DNA of 64,000 nucleotides from Thermodesulfobacteriota bacterium (GTDB taxonomy: Bacteria; Desulfobacterota; Binatia; Bin18), in contig OZ219926.1 in the NCBI GenBank assembly GCA_964291405.2, positions 4,576,001-4,640,000 on the forward strand. Direction: 5' to 3'. Both the position numbers and the translations under genes were made by a program. This document shows, piece by piece, positions 1 through 8,923 of this stretch. The notes below the pieces were generated by a model, which saw nothing but the letters and a program-made list of their open reading frames with translations, had not been told where the DNA came from and did no database searches. The first letter of the stretch is position 1; each line of letters begins with the position of its first letter.

Positions 1-342
<342 letters not shown>

Positions 343-361
343 TCTCCGCGCGGCATTCGTG

Positions 362-397
362 AGCAGCAGGAGGCGGATTCCCCCGCCTCCTGCTGCT
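362..397 (+). terminator. 15-bp perfect stem-loop after katG
   Basis: AGCAGCAGGAGGCGG-N6-CCGCCTCCTGCTGCT, 20 nt after the stop; weak U tract. Confidence 0.6.
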
Positions 398-534
398 TCC
401 TGCAGCGTCACCCTCGCCGATGCTACTCGGCCTCGACCGTCACGCGTTGTCCGGTGAATATCGAGTCAAACTGTATGGCCGGCACCGCCCCGGCCCAGGG
501 TTCTCCAGATAGCCAACGATGAGGCGCCTCTTCC

Positions 535-882
535 TCACGGCTGACCCGCTGTGATGGCACTGAGCGCGGCAGCCCGAGATTCATACACGGCAATCACTTG
601 GTCAAAGCCGCTGACGGTGATCACCCCACGGATATGGGTCGGGAGGGTACACACCCCAAACCGCTTCCCCGGTTCGTTGAACTTCCGGGCAATAATCAGC
701 CCGACCCGCAGGCCCGGGCTGCTAATGAAAGTCAGCTGCTCAAGGTCCAGGAGCAAGGCCGTGTCTCCCGGCTCAATACCGGATTCCAGGAGCTGATGAA
801 ATGCCTCGGCGGTGCTGCCGTCGATACGTCCGATGACCGTGGCAATCAACACTCCGTCTTGCCGTTCCCATTGAATATCCAT
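535..882 (-). CDS. STAS-domain anti-sigma factor antagonist (orphan RsbV/SpoIIAA-like)
   Basis: GRIDG, LLLDLEQLTFISSPGLR phospho-Ser motif, SGFD; 115 aa. Confidence 0.9.
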   Translation of the reverse strand: MDIQWERQDGVLIATVIGRIDGSTAEAFHQLLESGIEPGDTALLLDLEQLTFISSPGLRVGLIIARKFNEPGKRFGVCTLPTHIRGVITVSGFDQVIAVYESRAAALSAITAGQP

Positions 883-1027
883 TCCCTTCCCACGTTTTTT
901 CCAACGCCATATAGAGGAATATATTGGAATCGAACAGGCAAGATCTTAGAAAATGAAAACCCCTTAAAATACACTATATTAGTGGATTATTTGGGAAGGG
1001 ATGGGAACAGAATGGACTGGAGAAGTA

Positions 1028-1099
1028 TACCCCCGCCGGGAATCGAACCCAGACCCCAGGTTCCGGAGACCTGTGTGATATCCATTTCACCACGGGGGC
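1028..1099 (-). tRNA. tRNA-Arg(CCG)
   Basis: Reverse complement folds as a cloverleaf: acceptor GCCCCCG/CGGGGGT, D-stem GTGA/TCAC with GG-A20, anticodon arm CAGGT-CTCCGGA-ACCTG, T-loop TTCGATT; CCA not encoded. Confidence 0.95.
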
Positions 1100-1226
1100 A
1101 CGGCCGGTACAGTATCATATACCAGCGCAGAAGCAATGTTGTGGGGGAGGGGTGGCCCTATGCGCAGGGCAGGGAACGCGGCCGGCAGGTGGTCTCAGCG
1201 GTGGGTGCAATGGTTGAGGGAGGAGG

Positions 1227-1604
1227 CTACCGTTCCTCTCTCTCAATCGTCAACATGGCGTCGTCATCATACAGCCGGTTGTCAAGGTATAATTCGGGGT
1301 AGCGAGCCTGCGTTTCCAGACTCTCGTCCACTACACCGCTTACGGTTTCATCCGCGTCATTCTCGGTATCGCTGCCGGCCGCCAGATTACCTCCGTACAA
1401 CTCGGGATAGCGCATCCGGAGTTCCAGACTCTCGTCTACACTGTCGGTTATATTTTCTGCTTCTTCTTCGTCGCCACTCTCTAACCCGAAGTCTTCGCCA
1501 AAGAGCGAACCTGAAGAGTCCGGGCGAATAGAATAGAGGGACTGGGACAGTCCGTTCGACGCAAAGAAGAGCAGCAGGGTAAGCGTACTGATCAGTGTCT
1601 TCAT
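1227..1604 (-). CDS. exported, very acidic hypothetical protein with two VDESLExxxRYPELY repeats
   Basis: Start MKTLISTLTLLLFFAS (signal peptide) overlaps the upstream stop (ATGA) and follows GGAGG; repeat period 108 nt. Confidence 0.7.
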   Translation of the reverse strand: MKTLISTLTLLLFFASNGLSQSLYSIRPDSSGSLFGEDFGLESGDEEEAENITDSVDESLELRMRYPELYGGNLAAGSDTENDADETVSGVVDESLETQARYPELYLDNRLYDDDAMLTIEREER

Positions 1605-2113
1605 GTCAGAATCCTCCGTATGACATTCTGTCCAGGGCGAAGGGCGACTCGCACGGCGGATAACCGAGACGCGGACGTCTCGACCGCGGACGCTGGAGGT
1701 GCGTGGACGAGCAGGCAGCCCCTCAGCCGGACATGTACCTTTTTCCCGGCGCCATAGCCTTTGACAATAACGCGCTGGCCGGATTGGAGTTGTCGGAGGT
1801 CTGGAATCTGAGACCGATGAACCAGACACTCAACACCACTCAGGCGCGACGGGTCTCCTTGTAAAATAAGGGCGACCTGTCCTGAATCATCTTGTTCAAT
1901 ACGCGTGACCTGACCCGATACCTGGATGACCTTATCCCGATATTTTTTATCCGCGACCGTACGGTCGGTGCGAAAGGTTTGGTAGAGGAATGTGGCTGAG
2001 GTTCTGAACTCGGGTTTTTGTTCGAGCTCAACAGTTTGCTGGTCCGTCGTACGGAAAAACAAGACGATGATAAGGAAAAGAAGAGGAATCGCTATAAATC
2101 GCATACGTTTCAC
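1601..2113 (-). CDS. membrane-anchored OB-fold protein (tRNA_anti-like family)
   Basis: N-terminal TM, then SATFLYQTF...ADKKYRDKVIQVSGQV...LQSGQRVIVKG...LRGC pattern. Confidence 0.75.
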   Translation of the reverse strand: MKRMRFIAIPLLFLIIVLFFRTTDQQTVELEQKPEFRTSATFLYQTFRTDRTVADKKYRDKVIQVSGQVTRIEQDDSGQVALILQGDPSRLSGVECLVHRSQIPDLRQLQSGQRVIVKGYGAGKKVHVRLRGCLLVHAPPASAVETSASRLSAVRVALRPGQNVIRRILT

Positions 2114-2211
2114 TCAGGTCCTTCAAAAGTAAGACATTCCTGTCGGTTGGGTCAAGAGAGGCGGGGCGGCAGAGGAGAAGGGTATACCCCGAGAAGGGCT
2201 GGAGTGGTGTG

Positions 2212-2886
2212 TCAGCCTGCCGGCTCTGTTGCCATGAGTGTTTCAATGTCCTGGAGAAGCTGGACCACAGATTCCGTGCCATCGCCCCGATAATAGCCGC
2301 GGATGCGTCGCTGCGGGTCAATCAGCACGAAACGGTTGCTGTGCACAATAGGCTCGTGGGTTGTCAGGCGGGGATCGTTCGGTGCGAGGGCTTCCACGCC
2401 GAGCCGAAAGCCCTCGCGGATTAACGTATACATGGCCGTTCGGTCGCCGGTCAGGAATAGCCAACGCTGGTCGTCCGCGCGGTAGCGCCGCGCATAGACT
2501 TGCAGCACCTCGGGCGTATCCCGTTCCGGATCGACACTAAAAGAAAGAAAGCGGACCGGCTTGGGACGCAGGGTCGTTTGCAAGCGGGCCATCCGTTGGC
2601 TGAGGAGGGGACACCTGCCCGGACAGTGGGTGAAGATGAAGTTGGCTACCCATATGGACCCGGTCAGGTCGGTATGACCAAAGGGCTGTTGCGTTCGCTC
2701 GATCAGCGAAAAGGCCGGGACTTCTCCCAGGATGGGAAGTCGTCCAGGCAGGGCAGACTGAGAGGAATCTGAGAAGAGAGAAAAGACGCCATAGCCGACA
2801 ACAAAGGTAAGAACAAGACCCAGCGCACCCCAGATTATGCGCTGTGAGAGGGATTCTGGGGCGGCGCTTGAAAGTCTGTCCGGCAC
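2212..2886 (-). CDS. sco: SCO1/SenC copper chaperone
   Basis: FIFTHCPGRCP (CxxxC), SVDPERDTP, IVHSNRFVLID. Confidence 0.95.
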   Translation of the reverse strand: MPDRLSSAAPESLSQRIIWGALGLVLTFVVGYGVFSLFSDSSQSALPGRLPILGEVPAFSLIERTQQPFGHTDLTGSIWVANFIFTHCPGRCPLLSQRMARLQTTLRPKPVRFLSFSVDPERDTPEVLQVYARRYRADDQRWLFLTGDRTAMYTLIREGFRLGVEALAPNDPRLTTHEPIVHSNRFVLIDPQRRIRGYYRGDGTESVVQLLQDIETLMATEPAG

Positions 2887-2892
2887 CGTAGG

Positions 2893-3240
2893 CTAGTGGT
2901 CAGCCGGTTCGCTGACCGCAGCCGGCTCGGTTGGCGTGTACGTCCTGCTGGTCGAGGTCAGATCCGGCAGGAGCATGATGATGAGAAAGACGCAGATGGC
3001 CATGGGTGTCAGCGCAATCACGCTGAGCGTCGTGCGCTCAAAGCGCAGATGCATGAAATACAGTGCGACGAGAAGCGCCTTGGCAACCGCGAGGATGACC
3101 AGCAGAGAGCCAGCGGTGAGTTTGTCGGAAACCAGGGGGGGCACCATCAACTCAAGAATGGTCAAAACGGTGAGAAACACCATTATTGCGAGATAATTCG
3201 GTTCGGGGTGGTCAGCATGTGCGGCAGATTCGTTTGCCAT
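2893..3240 (-). CDS. ctaF: cytochrome c oxidase subunit IV (COX4_pro)
   Basis: Start MANESAAH after GGAAG; KALLVALYFMHLRFE motif, 3 TMs. Confidence 0.88.
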   Translation of the reverse strand: MANESAAHADHPEPNYLAIMVFLTVLTILELMVPPLVSDKLTAGSLLVILAVAKALLVALYFMHLRFERTTLSVIALTPMAICVFLIIMLLPDLTSTSRTYTPTEPAAVSEPADH

Positions 3241-3251
3241 CGTGTCTTCCT

Positions 3252-3881
3252 CTACAGCAGGTATACAAAAGTAAAAACCAGGATCCAGACCAGGTCTACG
3301 AAATGCCAGTAGAGGCCGACAATTTCCACCGGGCTGGAATTTTCGCCTAAGAACCTCCCATTCATGCCGGCAAAGAGCACGCACGTCAGATACACCACAC
3401 CGCCAAAGACATGGCAGCCGTGAAAGCCGGTCAGGATATAGAAGGTCGTGCCAAACAGCGGAGCGCCCCACGGGTTGCCACTCATGGTCATGCCGACATG
3501 GGTGAGGTGCGTCCATTCATAGGCCTGAAGTCCCAAAAATATGGTCCCGCCAACAATGGTCAGTAAGAGATATTTGCGGAAGTTCGGCAGGTCACTGTGC
3601 TTTGCCGCGGACAAGGCTTTGACCATGGTGAAGCTGCTGACAATGAGCAGAAAGGTCATAAACGCAGTGAGATTGATGCCCAGGGCTTCGATCGGGTTGG
3701 GCCAGTCCGGACTGCTGGCGCGCATGGCTCCATACCCGGCTAACAGGCCACCAAAAGACATGGCATCACCCGCCAGAAAGACCCACATGCCGAGTTTGCC
3801 CCAACTCTCCGGGGTGACGGGTGACTCTGCCGGCTGCTGAGCAGCGGAGTGGGCGTGAGAATCAACAACAGCTTCGCTCAA
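3252..3881 (-). CDS. ctaE: cytochrome c oxidase subunit III (copy 2)
   Basis: GKLGMWVFLAGD, FLGLQAYEW, FYILTGFHGCHV, GLYWHFVDLVW; TTG start in TTGA overlap after GGAGGAG. Confidence 0.93.
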   Translation of the reverse strand: MSEAVVDSHAHSAAQQPAESPVTPESWGKLGMWVFLAGDAMSFGGLLAGYGAMRASSPDWPNPIEALGINLTAFMTFLLIVSSFTMVKALSAAKHSDLPNFRKYLLLTIVGGTIFLGLQAYEWTHLTHVGMTMSGNPWGAPLFGTTFYILTGFHGCHVFGGVVYLTCVLFAGMNGRFLGENSSPVEIVGLYWHFVDLVWILVFTFVYLL

Positions 3882-4207
3882 GGTTGCTCCTCCTTTGGGG
3901 TCGATACTCCCCGAAGGGATGGTAGCGTCCCCTGTGCTCGATGTGAGCGATTCGTTTTCCAATAGCGGTAAAAAATCCAGCCGCCGATGGAGCCAAAAAC
4001 GACGAAAGGCATAGTCATCAGAAAAAAGGCACTGCGTAACATGCCTTGCGTCACCTGCTCATTCGCGCCGGATAAGAGAGTCTGACACATTGCGCAGCCT
4101 TGTGCTAGGGCCTCCTGAGGCGGGCCACTAACGTAGCAGGCCGCCAGAAAGGTCAGCGCTGAAATACCGAACAGGCGAGAGATACAAGAGGGAATTCGAG
4201 TGCGCAT
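3878..4207 (-). CDS. small membrane protein with AQGCAMC (CxxC) motif in cox operon
   Basis: Signal-like N-terminus, CAMC just after the predicted cleavage site, one further TM; coupled to neighbours. Confidence 0.75.
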   Translation of the reverse strand: MRTRIPSCISRLFGISALTFLAACYVSGPPQEALAQGCAMCQTLLSGANEQVTQGMLRSAFFLMTMPFVVFGSIGGWIFYRYWKTNRSHRAQGTLPSLRGVSTPKEEQP

Positions 4208-4216
4208 ATGCCACGT

Positions 4217-4897
4217 TTAATTCAAATACACCAGCGGGAAAAGGACGACCCAGACCGCGCCAACGTAATACCAATACATGCTACATATTTCGACACCGAT
4301 ATGCTGCTGCTGAGAGAATTTCCCGCGTCTGGCTTGCAACAGCACGATGCCGAGCCAGAGGACTGCGGCAAGGACATGCAGGCCGTGGCAGCCGATCAGT
4401 GTATAAAAGGTCGCGCCATACATACCGGTTGAAATGGTGAGTCCGTCGTGGACCAGTTGCACCCACTCAAAGCCTTGCACCCCAAGAAAAATGCTCCCCA
4501 GAAGTGCCGTAATCGCGAGCCAGCGTACGAACGGCTGCTGTTGGTCGGCTTGAATGCAGCGCATAGCCTTCCACATGGTGTAGCAGCTGAACAGCAGGAA
4601 AGCGGTATTCACCCAGGTGATACCCACGGGCAGGTATAAATGGCCTGATGGCCAAACCGGACTCCCAAAACGAAAGACTACGTAGGCGCCAATCAGTCCG
4701 GCAAAAAACATGGTCTCTGCCCCAATCAGCATCAGCATCCCCATACGGGCGTTACTGACCGGCGGTCGTGGGATACTGGGGGGAGGTGGGCCACCACCAT
4801 AGCCGGGAACGGCCACCAGCGCTTCCGTGGTTTCGTGGGTCGATGGTTGAGACGCCGGAAGTTCGGCTGCAACGGCTGATCCGCGTGGCATCGACAC
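4217..4897 (-). CDS. ctaE: cytochrome c oxidase subunit III (copy 1)
   Basis: GMLMLIGAETMFFAGL, FLGVQGFEW, FYTLIGCHGLHV, MYWYYV; start GTG 4897 or ATG 4891. Confidence 0.92.
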   Translation of the reverse strand: MSMPRGSAVAAELPASQPSTHETTEALVAVPGYGGGPPPPSIPRPPVSNARMGMLMLIGAETMFFAGLIGAYVVFRFGSPVWPSGHLYLPVGITWVNTAFLLFSCYTMWKAMRCIQADQQQPFVRWLAITALLGSIFLGVQGFEWVQLVHDGLTISTGMYGATFYTLIGCHGLHVLAAVLWLGIVLLQARRGKFSQQQHIGVEICSMYWYYVGAVWVVLFPLVYLN

Positions 4898-4916
4898 TGC
4901 CTCTCTCAGAAACAGG

Positions 4917-5033
4917 CTACGCAAAGATAATGAAACATGTTGCTGCAGCAGTGTACAGCACGATAAAGAACGCGATTTTCTTACCGAGTGAAGAATTTTC
5001 TTCCTGTCGCTCGGCGCGGGTTACTAATGGCAT
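4917..5033 (-). CDS. 38-aa single-TM peptide inside the cox operon (below ORF-track cutoff)
   Basis: Manual translation MPLVTRAERQEENSSLGKKIAFFIVLYTAAATCFIIFA*; fills the ctaB-ctaE gap. Confidence 0.55.
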   Translation of the reverse strand: MPLVTRAERQEENSSLGKKIAFFIVLYTAAATCFIIFA

Positions 5034-5065
5034 TGAGGTATCTCGTTTTTAGATCATGCTGAGGC

Positions 5066-5968
5066 TTATAGAGGCAGCTTATCGAGAGCCATGGCCGTCA
5101 GCAAGACTGGCAAATAGACGAGTGAGGCAAACATGAGCTGACGAGCTGAGTCGCGCGAACGCGTACGTGCCAGACGGATCCCATACCACAGAAACAGGCA
5201 ACCCAGCCCAAACGCGATAACAAAATAGCGCGGGCCGGCCATACCGACCAAGGTCGGAAGGAGGCCGACTGCTAACAGGGCCAGACAGTTGAGTACGACC
5301 TGACGGCCCGTACTTTTCCCATCCGGCTCAATCACGGGCAAAAGCTGGAAGCCGGCCCGGGTATAATCCTCTCGATACAGCCACGCAATGGCGAGCGAGT
5401 GGGGCATTTGCCACAAAAACATAATGGTGAACAAAATCCAGGCTTCGACCCCCAGCGTCTCATTGACTGCGGCCCAGCCAATGACTGGGGGAAGGGCGCC
5501 AGGGACGGCACCCACAATACCGCACAAGGAGGTTTTCTTCTTCAGCGGAGTGTAGGCGAACAAATAGCTGATAGTGATGAAGGCGGTAACCAGGGCGCTT
5601 AACGGATTCACCAGCAGCATGAGGTAGAGCAGGCCGATCATAGTCAAGGCTGCACCAAAGACCAAGGCATCCAGGGGTTGCAGCCTGCCGTCGGGCAACG
5701 GACGGGTTCTGGTCCGTTCCATCAGGGCGTCGGCCTCGCATTCCATGAGCTGGTTGAGTGCCAGGGTACCACCGCCAGCCAGGGCCGTCCCAATCAACGT
5801 ATGCAAGAGCAGCGTGTAATCGAGGACGAGCCAGGAGCCCAGATAAAAGCCCACGGTTGTCGTGACCAGGATCATACTGACCAGCCGTGGCTTGGTCAGC
5901 TCGACAAAGGCGGCTAGCCGCCGCAGGCGCGGCAGATCGCATGCAACTGTCTGTGTTTGCTGTATCAT
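5066..5968 (-). CDS. ctaB: protoheme IX farnesyltransferase (heme O synthase)
   Basis: ELTKPR, DALMERTRTRPLP, YTPLKK, FLWQMPH, YREDY. Confidence 0.97.
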   Translation of the reverse strand: MIQQTQTVACDLPRLRRLAAFVELTKPRLVSMILVTTTVGFYLGSWLVLDYTLLLHTLIGTALAGGGTLALNQLMECEADALMERTRTRPLPDGRLQPLDALVFGAALTMIGLLYLMLLVNPLSALVTAFITISYLFAYTPLKKKTSLCGIVGAVPGALPPVIGWAAVNETLGVEAWILFTIMFLWQMPHSLAIAWLYREDYTRAGFQLLPVIEPDGKSTGRQVVLNCLALLAVGLLPTLVGMAGPRYFVIAFGLGCLFLWYGIRLARTRSRDSARQLMFASLVYLPVLLTAMALDKLPL

Positions 5969-6894
5969 ACGGTGACCTGCTCCGAAAAAATGGGTGACAC
6001 TGCCTCCTCAGGACTGCGTCCGATGCGATAGGCCCGGAGGGTGAACCGGACACTAGTGACCAGCATGAATGCTCCGACGATGACGTGACTGGTTGCGAGG
6101 AGGACCGACTGAGGAGTCAAGGAGCCATGTGGAGCTATATATTTCATGACATAAGTAAAGAGACCCAGCCCGACCTGGAGGAGGAGAAGCCGACGCAATA
6201 GGATTCCTGAGCGCAGCAAAGGACGCTGGGTGGCGTGATATTGCTGGACATGGTCAACGAGGAGAAAGGTCACGATAAAGACCGTAATGGCTCCCAGGAT
6301 ATGAAGGTTCAGGCCGGTCCCGGTATGGCGGAAGAGTGCGCCCAGAATCAGTTGGCCGTAGATCAGGCTGACTGTGAGAAGACCGAGCTGCTGGACTTTT
6401 TTCGTGTCGCCTGAGGACGGCCCCGGCTGGTCTACCCGCCATTCCGCAGAAGTAAACAGGCTAATACTGGCAATGAGGGCAAAAAACGCCTGGGCCAGGC
6501 AGGCATGAATAATAGCGATTTTTTGCTCAATCAGCACCACGCGAAGGCCACCCAGGACACCTTGGAGTATCACCGCGACCAAGGCAATAAAACCCAGCCG
6601 GCGGAGCCACTGACGTTGCTCCGTGAGCCAGAGAACAACCGCCAGCACAACCGTGAGCAAGCCTACTGATGCACCCAACAGGCGATGGCTATGTTCGTAG
6701 AAGATCCCTCCCACCATCTTTGACCACGGGTATAAGAACATATTATGGCCAAAGGTCGTCGGCCAATCAGGCACAACCATGCCGACCTTGAGGCTGGTGA
6801 CCAGACCGCCAAAAAACAACAACGGGAGGGTCATTGCCGCTGTCAGGATGGCAATCCGATGGGACCAAACAGAATCGTGATCAAGAGCAGCCAA
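5965..6894 (-). CDS. ctaA: heme A synthase (COX15/CtaA)
   Basis: GGLVTS..VPDWP, YEHSHR, QGVLGG, IIHACLAQ, GALFRH; lacks the N-terminal Cys pair. Confidence 0.92.
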   Translation of the reverse strand: MAALDHDSVWSHRIAILTAAMTLPLLFFGGLVTSLKVGMVVPDWPTTFGHNMFLYPWSKMVGGIFYEHSHRLLGASVGLLTVVLAVVLWLTEQRQWLRRLGFIALVAVILQGVLGGLRVVLIEQKIAIIHACLAQAFFALIASISLFTSAEWRVDQPGPSSGDTKKVQQLGLLTVSLIYGQLILGALFRHTGTGLNLHILGAITVFIVTFLLVDHVQQYHATQRPLLRSGILLRRLLLLQVGLGLFTYVMKYIAPHGSLTPQSVLLATSHVIVGAFMLVTSVRFTLRAYRIGRSPEEAVSPIFSEQVTV

Positions 6895-6990
6895 GGCAGT
6901 CTCCTGTGCGAAAACACGAACGTGCGCCGTCGCTCAAACCCTGCTACCCTCCCGAGTCCGGCGGAAACGACCGGGCATTGAGCCAGGCGT

Positions 6991-7021
6991 ACGGCCTCAC
7001 ACTACGCTACTGTGAGGCCGT
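6991..7021 (-). promoter_or_regulatory. perfect 11-bp hairpin enclosing the cox1 stop codon
   Basis: ACGGCCTCACA-N9-TGTGAGGCCGT; no U tract. Confidence 0.5.
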
Positions 7022-8860
7022 GGCAGCTTCGGGTCCGAGTTTACGGTCCTGGGGCAACCAGTCTTCTTGGACCAGTGGCGAACTATATTCATACGGACCG
7101 CGATAGACCGTGGGCGTTGTCTCGAAGTTGCCGTGACCCGGAGGAGAGGGGGCAGTCCATTCGAGGGTGTTAGCCTCCCACGGGTTCTTATCCGCTTTTT
7201 TCCCGGCAATCAGGCTCCAAATAAAGTTCGCGAAAAAGATAAGCTGCGAGAGGCCCAGGCAGAAGGCACTCATGGTGATGAACACATTCCACCACTGCAT
7301 GTCGTGCAGAAATTCATACTGCAGGGGGTTATAGATACGCCGCATGTGGCCGCCCACACCCAGAAAATGCATGGGGAAAAAGGCACAGTTGAAGAAAATA
7401 TAGGTCAGAGCAAAATGCACTTTGCCCAAGGTCTCGTTCATCATCCGGCCAAATATTTTAGGGAACCAATAGTAGAGAGCGGCAAACATGCCAAAGATAA
7501 TGCCGGCTACCACATAGTGGAAGTGGGCAACAATAAAATAGGTATCGTGGATAAAGATATCGACCGGTGTCGAGGCCATGTAAATGCCGCTTAAGCCCCC
7601 AATCACAAAGTTGGAAACAAAGCCCAGGGCGAAGAGCATCGGACTGGTGAAACGGATATTGCCGCCCCAGAGGGTCCCCAGCCAGTTGAACGTCTTAATA
7701 GCGGAGGGAACGGCAATGACCATCGTGGTCAGCATGAAGGCGGTCCCCAGGACGGGATTCATACCGCTGACGAACATATGGTGCCCCCAGACGATCCAGG
7801 ACAGGAAGGCCAGGGCCATCATGGAAAAGGCCATGGCTTTATAGCCGAAGATCGGTTTGCGGGAAAAGGTGGACAGAATATCGGACGTGACACCCATGGC
7901 CGGCAGCACGAGAATATACACCTCGGGATGACCGAAGAACCAGAACAAATGCTGCCATAAGATGGGCTCGCCTCCACCGCCCGGCATAAAAAAGCTCGTT
8001 CCCATTGTCCGGTCAAAGAGCAGCATCCCCAGGGCGGCTGTGAGAACCGGCAGAGCGAGCAGCAGCAGAATGGCAGTGACAAACAACGACCAGATCACCA
8101 GCGGCATCCGGAACCAGGTCATGCCCGGCGCCCGCATATTCACGACTGTGGTGATGTAGTTGATCGCACCCATGAGGGAAGAAACACCCAAGATCAGCAG
8201 ACTGATAACCCACAGATCGGCGCCTGTATCGACCCCGCTCAGGGTTGGGTCTGCCGAGAGGGTGGCATACATGGTCCAGCCGCCGGCCGCGGCGCCCCCT
8301 TCTACAAAGAAGCTGTAAACGATCATAATTGTCGCTGGAACCGCCGTCCAAAAAGACAGCATATTCAGCACGGGAAAAGCCATGTCGCCGGCACCGATCA
8401 TCAGCGGAATGAGGTAATTCCCAAACCCGCCGACCATAAACGGCATCACGACAAAAAAGATCATAATCGTCGCGTGCATGGTAAAGACGGAGTTGTAGAA
8501 GGCGGGGTCCATATGGGCGCCAGCCACGGAGCCCAGTGATTTGGCAAAGTTTGCGCCTGGATAGGGGTCCACGTATTCGCTCAGGCCCTCGACTGCGCCG
8601 ACTGTGCTGTCCTCGTCCGCAGGATACATAAAGGGCTCAGAGATCCAACTGGTAAAAGGCACCGGGGTCTCCGGCCAGGCGAGTTCCCAGCGCATCATCA
8701 TGGCTAAGAGACCACCGACAATAAGCATGAGGATACTGGCGAACAGAAACTGGCGGCCAATCATCTTATGATCGGTTGAAAAAATATAGGTGCGAATAAA
8801 CCCGAGCTCATGATGCTCTGCGTGTGCGTCGTGGGCGGCAGCTGCTCCTGCTTCACTCAT
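7007..8860 (-). CDS. ctaD: cytochrome c oxidase subunit I, type A1
   Basis: STDHK, TMHATIMIFF, GDMAFP, FWFFGHPEVY, WGHHM, AHFHY; start MSEAG after AGGAG. Confidence 0.98.
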   Translation of the reverse strand: MSEAGAAAAHDAHAEHHELGFIRTYIFSTDHKMIGRQFLFASILMLIVGGLLAMMMRWELAWPETPVPFTSWISEPFMYPADEDSTVGAVEGLSEYVDPYPGANFAKSLGSVAGAHMDPAFYNSVFTMHATIMIFFVVMPFMVGGFGNYLIPLMIGAGDMAFPVLNMLSFWTAVPATIMIVYSFFVEGGAAAGGWTMYATLSADPTLSGVDTGADLWVISLLILGVSSLMGAINYITTVVNMRAPGMTWFRMPLVIWSLFVTAILLLLALPVLTAALGMLLFDRTMGTSFFMPGGGGEPILWQHLFWFFGHPEVYILVLPAMGVTSDILSTFSRKPIFGYKAMAFSMMALAFLSWIVWGHHMFVSGMNPVLGTAFMLTTMVIAVPSAIKTFNWLGTLWGGNIRFTSPMLFALGFVSNFVIGGLSGIYMASTPVDIFIHDTYFIVAHFHYVVAGIIFGMFAALYYWFPKIFGRMMNETLGKVHFALTYIFFNCAFFPMHFLGVGGHMRRIYNPLQYEFLHDMQWWNVFITMSAFCLGLSQLIFFANFIWSLIAGKKADKNPWEANTLEWTAPSPPGHGNFETTPTVYRGPYEYSSPLVQEDWLPQDRKLGPEAATASQ

Positions 8861-8923
8861 TGACTCTCTCCTGTTTTGATCCTGTCCGGATGCTGTGTCT
8901 GTGGTTCCACCATTCAGGGTCAA

